DNA of 64,000 nucleotides from Dendrobates tinctorius. Its lineage: Eukaryota. The DNA is taken from assembly GCF_039654945.1 (NCBI RefSeq), contig NW_027361902.1:744001-808000 (forward strand), in the 5' to 3' direction. Positions 36,349 through 47,239 of the stretch are shown one piece after another. The notes under the pieces are model-generated. The model saw nothing but the letters and a program-made list of their open reading frames with translations. It was not told the origin of the DNA and made no database searches. The position numbers and the translations under genes were made by a program. Each line of letters starts with the position of its first letter. Within the stretch, counting starts at the first letter, position 1.

Positions 36349-36950
36349 ATATGTGGTTTGGTCACGGTGTGGTGGTATTTCTTTTCCTGTATGTGCGATT
36401 ATCCTGTCACTATGTGGTGGTAAAATGTGGTCCGCCCGTGATGTGGCGGTATTTCTTTCCTGTGTGGTATTATTCGGTCACTAGGTAGTGGTAATATGTG
36501 GTCTGGTCATGGTGTGGTGGCATTTCTTTCCTGTATGTGGTATTATTTGGTCACTATGTGGTGGCAATATGTTGTCCGCCCATGGTGTGGCTGTATTTCT
36601 TTCCCGTATGTGGTATTATCCAGTCACAATGTGGTGGTAATATGTGGTCCGTCCATGGTGTGGCGGTATTTCTTTCCTGTGTGATATTATTCGGTCACTA
36701 TGTGGTGGTAATATGTGGTCTGGTCATGGTGTGACGGTATTTCTTTCCTGTATGTGGTATTATAGGACACTATGTGGTGGTAAGTCGTCCGCCCATGGTG
36801 TGGCTGTATTTCTTTCCTGTATGTGGTATTATCCGGTCACTATGTGGTGGTAATATGTGGTCCGCCAGTGATGTGGCGGTATTTCTTTCCTGTGTGGTAT
36901 TATTCGGTCACTATGTGGTGGTAATATGTGGTCCTCCCATGGTGTGGCAG
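36349..36950. repeat. Minisatellite, 71-73-bp unit, ~8 copies
   Basis: Unit TATGTGGTGGTAATATGTGGTCCGCCCATGGTGTGGCGGTATTTCTTTCCTGTATGTGGTATTATTCGGTCAC. Confidence 0.92.
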
Positions 36951-37089
36951 CCCGATGCTCTATCTCCGCCTCCTCTTCTGTGACAGACAGCCCTGGCTTC
37001 ATAGAGCCACAGGAGCCCAGAGATGGAGCAGATGGTGTACAGCGGATGAGAACAGTCGCTGTGCCGAGAAAGGCCCCGCCAGACGGATG

Positions 37090-37620
37090 CAGGGCCCCGT
37101 CCTTGCTCGGCCTCACACCGCAGGGGCCCCGTCCTTGCTCGGCCTCACACCGCAGGGGCCCCGTCCTTGCTCGGCCTCACACCGCAGGGGCCCCGTCCTT
37201 CCTCGGCCTCACACCGCAGGGGCCCCGTCCTTCCTCGGCCTCACACCGCAGGGGCCCCGTCCTTGCTCGGCCTCACACCGCAGGGGCCCCGTCCTTGCTC
37301 GGCCTCACACCGCAGGGGCCCCGTCCTTGCTCGGCCTCACACCGCAGGGGCCCCGTCCTTGCTCGGCCTCACACCGCAGGGGCCCCGTCCTTCCTCGGCC
37401 TCACACCGCAGGGGCCCCGTCCTTCCTCGGCCTCACACCGCAGGGGCCCCGTCCTTCCTCGGCCTCACACCGCAGGGGCCCCGTCCTTCCTCGGCCTCAC
37501 ACCGCAGGGGCCCCGTCCTTCCTCGGCCTCACACCGCAGGGGCCCCGTCCTTCCTCGGCCTCACACCGCAGGGGCCCCGTCCTTCCTCGGCCTCACACCG
37601 CAGGGGCCCCGTCCTTCCTC
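37090..37620. repeat. GC-rich VNTR, 32-bp unit, ~16-17 copies, immediately upstream of the adck5 promoter
   Basis: Unit CAGGGGCCCCGTCCTT(G/C)CTCGGCCTCACACCG. Confidence 0.96.
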
Positions 37621-37827
37621 AGCCCCGCCCCCAGCTCCTGTCATCTCCGCGGCTCCTCAGTCCTTGTTACCTCAGCTCCATCTTTCCCGCCGTCTCGTTG
37701 GAGTCGCAGAGATCACGTGGTGCGCGGCGATCAGCTGGTTTCTATTTGTGGCGTCCGACCAATCACAGACAGGGGGCGTGGTTTATCTGTGAGCGTCTCC
37801 GCAGTCACGTGACCAGAAGCTTCAGAG
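37621..37827 (+). promoter_or_regulatory. CpG-rich, TATA-less promoter / 5' UTR of adck5
   Basis: GC box CCCCGCCCC at ~37623; E-box TCACGTGG at ~37713; CCAAT at ~37759; GGGGCGTGG at ~37772; palindromic GTCACGTGAC at 37804-37813. Confidence 0.7.
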
Positions 37828-37842
37828 ATGATCTCCACGCCG
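37828..37842 (+). CDS. adck5: adck5 coding exon 1 (MISTP)
   Basis: ATG followed by strong donor CCG|GTGAGT, phase 0, in frame with exon 2. From memory, human ADCK5 also starts with a very short coding exon (MWRP). Confidence 0.7.
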
Positions 37843-37857
37843 GTGAGTGCGGACGGC

Positions 37858-40800
37858 GAGAGACAGAGACCGAGAGGAAGAGACAGACACAGAGAGACAG
37901 AGACCGNNNNNNNNNNNNNNNNNNNNNNNNNNNNNNNNNNNNNNNNNNNNNNNNNNNNNNNNNNNNNNNNNNNNNNNNNNNNNNNNNNNNNNNNNNNNNN
38001 NNNNNNNNNNNNNNNNNNNNNNNNNNNNNNNNNNNNNNNNNNNNNNNNNNNNNNNNNNNNNNNNNNNNNNNNNNNNNNNNNNNNNNNNNNNNNNNNAGAC
38101 AGGCACAGAGAGACAGAGACCAAGAGGAAGAGACAGAGAGAGAGACAGAGACCGAGAGAAAGAGACCGAGAGAAAGAGACACAGAGAGACAGAGACCGAG
38201 AGAAAGAGACAGGCACAGAGAGAAAGAGACCGAGAGAAAGAGACAGGCACAGAGAGAAAGAGACAGACACAGAGAGACAGAGACCGAGAGAAAGAGACCG
38301 AGAGAAAGAGACACAGAGAGACAGAGACCGAGAGAAAGAGACAGGCACAGAGAGAAAGAGACAGAGACAGAGACAGAGAGAAAGAGACAGACAGAGAGAG
38401 ACAGAGACCGAGAGAAAGAGACAGGCACAGAGAGAAAGAGACAGACACAGAGAGACAGAGACCGAGAGAAAGAGACCGAGAGAAAGAGACAGACAGAGAG
38501 AGACAGAGACCGAGAGAAAGAGACAGACACCGAGCCACAGAGAGAGACAGAGACCGAGAGAGAGAGACAGACACAGAGAGACCGAGAGAAAGAGACCGAG
38601 AGAAAGAGACACAGAGAGACAGAGACCGAGAGAAAGAGACAGGCACAGAGAGAAAGAGACAGAGACTGAGAGAAAGAGACTGAGAGAAAGAGACTGAGAG
38701 AAAGAGACTGAGAGAAAGAGACTGAGAGAAAGAGACTGAGAGAAAGAGACAGACACAGAGAGACAGAGACCGAGAGAAAGAGACAGAGACCGAGAGAAAG
38801 AGACAGAGAGAGACAGAGAGAAAGAGACAGAGACCGAGAGACAGAGACAGAGAGAGACCGAGAGAAAGAGACAGAGACCGAGAGACAGAGACCGAGAGAA
38901 AGAGACAGACACAGAGAGAAAGAGACAGAGACCGAGAGAAAGAGACAGAGAGAGACCGAGAGAAAGAGACAGAGACCGAGAGACAGAGACAGAGAGAGAC
39001 CGAGAGAAAGAGACAGAGACCGAGAGACAGAGACCGAGAGAAAGAGACAGAGAGAGAGACAGAGACCGAGAGAAAGAGACCGAGAGAAAGAGACACAGAG
39101 AGACCGAGAGAAAGAGACAGAGACCGAGAGACAGAGACCGAGAGACAGAGACCGAGAGAAAGAGACAGAGACCGAGAGACAGAGACCGAGAGACAGAGAC
39201 CGAGAGACAGAGACCGAGAGAAAGAGACAGAGAGAGACCGAGAGAAAGAGACAGAGACCGAGAGAAAGAGACAGAGAGAGACCGAGAGAAAGAGACAGAG
39301 ACCGAGAGACAGAGACCGAGAGACAGAGACCGAGAGAAAGAGACAGAGAGAGACCGAGAGAAAGAGACAGAGACCGAGAGAAAGAGACAGAGAGAGACCG
39401 AGAGAAAGAGACAGAGACCGAGAGACAGAGACAGAGAGAGAGACAGAGACCGAGAGACAGAGACCGAGAGAAAGAGACACAGAGAGACAGAGACCGAGAG
39501 ACAGAGACCGAGAGAAAGAGACCGAGAGAAAGAGACCNNNNNNNNNNNNNNNNNNNNNNNNNNNNNNNNNNNNNNNNNNNNNNNNNNNNNNNNNNNNNNN
39601 NNNNNNNNNNNNNNNNNNNNNNNNNNNNNNNNNNNNNNNNNNNNNNNNNNNNNNNNNNNNNNNNNNNNNNNNNNNNNNNNNNNNNNNNNNNNNNNNNNNN
39701 NNNNNNNNNNNNNNNNNNNNNNNNNNNNNNNNNNNNNNNNNNNNNNNNNNNNNNNNNNNNNNNNNNNNNNNNNNNNNNNNNNNNAGACAGGCACAGAGAG
39801 AAAGAGACAGACACAGAGAGACAGAGACCGAGAGAAAGAGACAGACAGAGAGAGACAGAGACCGAGAGAAAGAGACAGACACCGAGCCACAGAGAGAGAC
39901 AGAGACCGAGAGAGAGAGACAGACACAGAGAGACCGAGAGAAAGAGACCGAGAGAAAGAGACACAGAGAGACAGAGACCGAGAGAAAGAGACAGGCACAG
40001 AGAGAAAGAGACAGAGACTGAGAGAAAGAGACTGAGAGAAAGAGACTGAGAGAAAGAGACTGAGAGAAAGAGACTGAGAGAAAGAGACTGAGAGAAAGAG
40101 ACTGAGAGAAAGAGACTGAGAGAAAGAGACCGAGAGAAAGAGACCGAGAGAAAGAGACCGAGAGAAAGAGACCGAGAGAAAGAGACCGAGAGAAAGAGAC
40201 CGAGAGAAAGAGACCGAGAGAAAGAGAGACAGAGACCGAGAGAAAGAGACAGAGAGAGAGACAGAGACCGAGAGAGAGAGACAGAGACCGAGAGAAAGAG
40301 ACCGAGAGAAAGAGACTGAGAGAAAGAGACTGAGAGAAAGAGACTGAGAGAAAGAGACTGAGAGAAAGAGACTGAGAGAAAGAGACTGAGAGAAANNNNN
40401 NNNNNNNNNNNNNNNNNNNNNNNNNNNNNNNNNNNNNNNNNNNNNNNNNNNNNNNNNNNNNNNNNNNNNNNNNNNNNNNNNNNNNNNNNNNNNNNNNNNN
40501 NNNNNNNNNNNNNNNNNNNNNNNNNNNNNNNNNNNNNNNNNNNNNNNNNNNNNNNNNNNNNNNNNNNNNNNNNNNNNNNNNNNNNNNNNNNNNNNNNNNN
40601 NNNNNNNNNNNNNNNNNNNNNNACTGAGAGAAAGAGACTGAGAGAAAGAGACTGAGAGAAAGAGACTGAGAGAAAGAGACTGAGAGAAAGAGACTGAGAG
40701 AAANNNNNNNNNNNNNNNNNNNNNNNNNNNNNNNNNNNNNNNNNNNNNNNNNNNNNNNNNNNNNNNNNNNNNNNNNNNNNNNNNNNNNNNNNNNNNNNNN

Positions 40801-43800
40801 NNNNNNNNNNNNNNNNNNNNNNNNNNNNNNNNNNNNNNNNNNNNNNNNNNNNNNCGAGAGAAAGAGACCGAGAGAAAGAGACCGAGAGAAAGAGACCGAG
40901 AGAAAGAGACCGAGAGAGACAGAGACAGCNNNNNNNNNNNNNNNNNNNNNNNNNNNNNNNNNNNNNNNNNNNNNNNNNNNNNNNNNNNNNNNNNNNNNNN
41001 NNNNNNNNNNNNNNNNNNNNNNNNNNNNNNNNNNNNNNNNNNNNNNNNNNNNNNNNNNNNNNNNNGAGAGAAAGAGACAGAGAGAGACCGAGAGGAAGAG
41101 ACAGACACAGAGAGACAGAGACCGNNNNNNNNNNNNNNNNNNNNNNNNNNNNNNNNNNNNNNNNNNNNNNNNNNNNNNNNNNNNNNNNNNNNNNNNNNNN
41201 NNNNNNNNNNNNNNNNNNNNNNNNNNNNNNNNNNNNNNNNNNNNNNNNNNNNAGACAGGCACAGAGAGAAAGAGACAGAGACTGAGAGAAAGAGACTGAG
41301 AGAAAGAGACTGAGAGAAAGAGACTGAGAGAAAGAGACTGAGAGAAAGAGACTGAGAGAAAGAGACCGAGAGACAGAGACCGAGAGAAAGAGACAGAGAG
41401 AGAGACAGAGACCGAGAGAAAGAGACAGAGACCGAGAGAAAGAGACAGAGAGAGACAGACCGAGAGAAAGAGACAGACACAGAGACCGAGAGAAAGAGAC
41501 CGAGAGAAAGAGACAGAGAGAGACCGAGAGGAAGAGACAGACACAGAGAGACAGAGACCGNNNNNNNNNNNNNNNNNNNNNNNNNNNNNNNNNNNNNNNN
41601 NNNNNNNNNNNNNNNNNNNNNNNNNNNNNNNNNNNNNNNNNNNNNNNNNNNNNNNNNNNNNNNNNNNNNNNNNNNNNNNNNNNNNNNNAGACAGGCACAG
41701 AGAGAAAGAGACAGACACAGAGAGACAGAGACCGAGAGAAAGAGACAGACAGAGAGAGACAGAGACCGAGAGAAAGAGACAGACACCGAGCCACAGAGAG
41801 AGACAGAGACCGAGAGAGAGACAGACACAGAGAGACCGAGAGAAAGAGACCGAGAGAAAGAGACACAGAGAGACAGAGACCGAGAGAAAGAGACAGGCAC
41901 AGAGAGAAAGAGACAGAGACTGAGAGAAAGAGACTGAGAGAAAGAGACTGAGAGAAAGAGACTGAGAGAAAGAGACTGAGAGAAAGAGACTGAGAGAAAG
42001 AGACTGAGAGAAAGAGACTGAGAGAAAGAGACCGAGAGAAAGAGACAGACACAGAGAGACAGAGACCGAGAGAAAGAGACAGAGAGAGAGACAGAGACCG
42101 AGAGAAAGAGACAGAGACCGAGAGAAAGAGACAGAGAGAGACAGACCGAGAGAAAGAGACAGACACAGAGACCGAGAGAAAGAGACCGAGAGAAAGAGAC
42201 AGAGAGAGACCGAGAGGAAGAGACAGACACAGAGAGACAGAGACCGNNNNNNNNNNNNNNNNNNNNNNNNNNNNNNNNNNNNNNNNNNNNNNNNNNNNNN
42301 NNNNNNNNNNNNNNNNNNNNNNNNNNNNNNNNNNNNNNNNNNNNNNNNNNNNNNNNNNNNNNNNNNNNNNNNNNAGACAGGCACAGAGAGAAAGAGACAG
42401 ACACAGAGAGACAGAGACCGAGAGAAAGAGACAGACAGAGAGAGACAGAGACCGAGAGAAAGAGACAGACACCGAGCCACAGAGAGAGACAGAGACCGAG
42501 AGAGAGACAGACACAGAGAGACCGAGAGAAAGAGACCGAGAGAAAGAGACACAGAGAGACAGAGACCGAGAGAAAGAGACAGGCACAGAGAGAAAGAGAC
42601 AGAGACTGAGAGAAAGAGACTGAGAGAAAGAGACTGAGAGAAAGAGACTGAGAGAAAGAGACTGAGAGAAAGAGACTGAGAGAAAGAGACTGAGAGAAAG
42701 AGACCGAGAGAAAGAGACAGACACAGAGAGACAGAGACCGAGAGAAAGAGACAGAGAGAGAGACAGAGACCGAGAGAAAGAGACAGAGACCGAGAGAAAG
42801 AGACAGAGAGAGACAGACCGAGAGAAAGAGACAGACACAGAGACCGAGAGAAAGAGACCGAGAGAAAGAGACCGAGAGAAAGAGACCGAGAGAAAGAGAC
42901 CGAGAGAAAGAGACCGAGAGAAAGAGACCGAGAGAAAGAGACCGAGAGAAAGAGACCGAGAGAAAGAGACCGAGATAGACAGAGACCGAGATAGACAGAG
43001 ACCGAGATAGACAGAGACCGAGATAGACAGAGACCGAGATAGACAGAGACCGAGATAGACAGAGACCGAGATAGACAGAGACTGAGAGAAAGAGACTGAG
43101 AGAAAGAGACTGAGAGAAAGAGACTGAGAGAAAGAGACTGAGAGAAAGAGACCGAGAGAAAGAGACAGACACAGAGAGACAGAGACCGAGAGAAAGAGAC
43201 AGAGAGAGAGACAGAGACCGAGAGAGAGAGACAGAGACCGAGAGAAAGAGACAGAGAGAGACAGAGACCGAGAGAAAGAGACAGACACAGAGAGAAAGAG
43301 ACCGAGAGAAAGAGACAGANNNNNNNNNNNNNNNNNNNNNNNNNNNNNNNNNNNNNNNNNNNNNNNNNNNNNNNNNNNNNNNNNNNNNNNNNNNNNNNNN
43401 NNNNNNNNNNNNNNNNNNNNNNNNNNNNNNNNNNNNNNNNNNNNNNNNNNNNNNNGAGAGAAAGAGACCGAGAGAAAGAGACAGAGAGAGACCGAGAGGA
43501 AGAGACAGACACAGAGAGACAGAGACCGAGAGAAAGAGACAGAGAGAGACCGAGAGGAAGAGACAGACACAGAGAGACAGAGACCGAGAGAAAGAGACAG
43601 AGACCGNNNNNNNNNNNNNNNNNNNNNNNNNNNNNNNNNNNNNNNNNNNNNNNNNNNNNNNNNNNNNNNNNNNNNNNNNNNNNNNNNNNNNNNNNNNNNN
43701 NNNNNNNNNNNNNNNNNNNNNNNNNNNNNNNNNNAGACAGGCACAGAGAGAAAGAGACAGACACAGAGAGACAGAGACCGAGAGAAAGAGACAGACAGAG

Positions 43801-46800
43801 AGAGACAGAGACCGAGAGAGACAGACACCGAGCCACAGAGAGAGACAGAGACCGAGAGAGAGAGACAGACACAGAGAGACCGAGAGAAAGAGACCGAGAG
43901 AAAGAGACACAGAGAGACAGAGACCGAGAGAAAGAGACAGGCACAGAGAGAAAGAGACAGAGACTGAGAGAAAGAGACTGAGAGAAAGAGACTGAGAGAA
44001 AGAGACTGAGAGAAAGAGACTGAGAGAAAGAGACTGAGAGAAAGAGACCGAGAGAAAGAGACAGACACAGAGAGACAGAGACCGAGAGAAAGAGACAGAG
44101 AGAGAGACAGAGACCGAGAGAAAGAGACAGAGAGAGACAGACCGANNNNNNNNNNNNNNNNNNNNNNNNNNNNNNNNNNNNNNNNNNNNNNNNNNNNNNN
44201 NNNNNNNNNNNNNNNNNNNNNNNNNNNNNNNNNNNNNNNNNNNNNNNNNNNNNNNNNNNNNNNNNNNNNNNNNNNNNNNNNNNNNNNNNNNNNNNNAGAC
44301 ACCGAGCCACAGAGAGACAGAGACCGAGAGAGAGACAGACACAGAGAGACCGAGAGAAAGAGACAGAGAGAAAGACAGACAGAGAGAGACAGAGAGAGAC
44401 AGAGACCGAGAGAAAGAGACCGAGAGAAAGAGACCGAGAGACAGAGACCGAGAGAAAGAGACCGAGAGAAAGAGACCNNNNNNNNNNNNNNNNNNNNNNN
44501 NNNNNNNNNNNNNNNNNNNNNNNNNNNNNNNNNNNNNNNNNNNNNNNNNNNNNNNNNNNNNNNNNNNNNNNNNNNNNNNNNNNNNNNNNNNNNNNNNNNN
44601 NNNNNNNNNNNNNNNNNNNNNNNNNNNNNNNNNNAGACACCGAGCCACAGAGAGAGACAGAGACCGAGAGAGAGACAGACACAGAGAGACCGAGAGAAAG
44701 ACAGAGAGAGACAGAGACCGAGAGAAAGACAGANNNNNNNNNNNNNNNNNNNNNNNNNNNNNNNNNNNNNNNNNNNNNNNNNNNNNNNNNNNNNNNNNNN
44801 NNNNNNNNNNNNNNNNNNNNNNNNNNNNNNNNNNNNNNNNNNNNNNNNNNNNNNNNNNNNNNNNNNNNNNNNNNNNNNNNNNNNNNNNNNNNNNNNNNNN
44901 NNNNNNNNNNNNNNNNNNNNNNNNNNNNNNNNNNNNNCAGAGAGAGACCGAGAGAAAGAGACAGACACAGAGAGACAGAGACCGAGAGACAGAGACAGAC
45001 AGAGAGAGACAGAGACCGAGAGAAAGAGACAGACCGAGCCACAGAGAGAGACAGAGACCGAGAGAGAGACAGACACAGAGAGACAGAGAGAAAGACAGAC
45101 AGAGAGAGACAGAGAGAGACAGAGACCGAGAGAAAGAGACAGAGAGACAGAGACCGAGAGACAGAGACACAGAGCCACAGAGAGAGACAGAGACCGAGAG
45201 AAAGAGACAGACACCGAGCCACAGAGAGAGACAGAGACCGAGAGAAAGAGACAGACACCGAGCCACATAGAGAGACAGAGACCGAGAGACAGAGACACCG
45301 AGCCACAGAGAGAGACAGAGACCGAGAGAAAGAGACAGACACCGAGCCACAGAGAGAGACAGAGACCGAGAGAAAGAGACACACCGAGCCACAGAGAGAG
45401 ACAGAGACCGAGAGAAAGAGACAGAGACAGAGACAGAGAGAGAGACAGAGACCGAGAGAAAGAGACAGACACAGAGAGACAAAGACTGAGAGAAAGAGAC
45501 AGACACAGNNNNNNNNNNNNNNNNNNNNNNNNNNNNNNNNNNNNNNNNNNNNNNNNNNNNNNNNNNNNNNNNNNNNNNNNNNNNNNNNNNNNNNNNNNNN
45601 NNNNNNNNNNNNNNNNNNNNNNNNNNNNNNNNNNNNNNNNNNNNNNNNNNNNNNNNNNNNNNNNAGACACCGAGCCACAGAGAGAGACAGAGACCGAGAG
45701 AGAGACAGACACAGAGAGACAGTGCCACAGAGAGAGACAGAGACCGAGAGAAAGAGACAGACACAGAGACCGAGAGAAAGAGACAGAGACACCGAGCCAC
45801 AGAGAGAGACCGAGAGAAAGACAGACAGAGATACAGAGACCGAGAGAAAGAGACAGACACAGAGAGACAGAGACCGAGAGACAGCACCACAGAGAGAGAC
45901 ACAGAGACAGATACAGAGACAGGTACAGATACCGAGACTGCGACCCACAGAGACAGACACATAGAACCATGCCAGAGAGCTACAGAGACAGACACAGACT
46001 GAGAGCCACAGAGAGAGAGCAATACAGAGACAGAACTACAGACAGAGCACCACAGAGACAGGGAGCTACAGAAAGATATAGAGATACAGAGACAGAGCGC
46101 CACAGAGACAGCACTACAGAGACAGAGAGATACAGACAGAGCGCCATAGAGACAGAGCACCACAGAGACAGGGAGCTACAGAGATACAGAGACAGAGCGC
46201 CACAGAGACAGAGAGCTACAGACATACAGAGAGAGCGCCACAGAGACAGAGATACAGGGAGAGCGATACAGAGACAGACAGGGAGCTACAGAGAGACATA
46301 GAGATACAGAGACAGAGCGCCACAGAGACAGAGAGCTACAGACATACAGACAGAGAGCGCCACAGAGACAGAGCTACAGAGAGAGAGCGAGACAGAGACA
46401 GGGAGCTACAGAGAGACAGAGCGCCACAGAGACAGAGCACCACAGAGACAGATAGAGACAGAGCACCACAGAGACGGGGAGCTACAGAGAGAAATAGAGA
46501 TACAGAGAGCTACAGACATACAGAGAGAGCGTGACAGAGCGCCACAGAGACAGATAGAGACAGAGCACCACAGAGACGGGGAGCTACAGAGAGAAATAGA
46601 GATACAGAGACAGAGCACTACAGAGACAGAGAGCTACAGACATACAGAGAGAGCGTGACAGAGCGCCACAGAGACAGATCTACAGAGAGAAATAGAGCGC
46701 CACAGAGACAGAGCTACAGAGAGAGAGCGCCACAGAGACAAAGCTACAGAGAGAGCGCCACAGAGACAAAGCTACAGAGAGAGCGCCACAGAGACAAAGC

Positions 46801-47120
46801 TACAGAGAGAGCGCCACAGAGACAAAGCTACAGAGAGAGCGCCACAGAGACAAAGCTACAGAGAGAGCGCCACAGAGACAAAGCTACAGAGAGAGCGCCA
46901 CAGAGACAGAGCTACAGTGAGAGCGCCACAGAGACAGAGCTACAGTGAGAGCGCCACAGAGACAGCTACAGTGAGAGCGCCACAGAGACAGCTACAGAGA
47001 GAGCGCCACAGAGACAGCTACAGAGAGAGCGCCACAGAGACAGCTACAGAGAGAGCGCCACAGAGACAGAGCTACAGTTAGAGCACCACAGAGACAGAGC
47101 TACAGAGACATAGCGCCACA
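37858..47120. repeat. ~9-kb GA-rich compound micro/minisatellite (AGAGACCGAGAGAA-type 14-mers and variants) with many N gaps; adck5 intron 1
   Basis: Directly visible; grades into GAGAGCGCCACAGAGACA(A)AGCTACA units after ~46000. Confidence 0.95.
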
Positions 47121-47239
47121 GAACCTGATCCTCTGAGACAGGATCGCACGCAGCGGCTGAGCCTCAGTGATGTGCGTTGTGTACACTGATCCTTCACTCT
47201 GTCCCCAGCTGGTGTCAGCTCCTGTACATAGAGCTAATG

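Noticed and set aside
36926-37812. 288-294-aa ORFs across the 32-bp VNTR
   Set aside because: GC-rich repeat without stop codons in any frame; no coding evidence.
37731-46163. 2700-2800-aa minus-strand ORFs (S/L/V/C/F-rich) and R/E/T-rich plus-strand ORFs
   Set aside because: All three frames are open because the GA microsatellite cannot encode stops; they span N gaps and have no domain signal.
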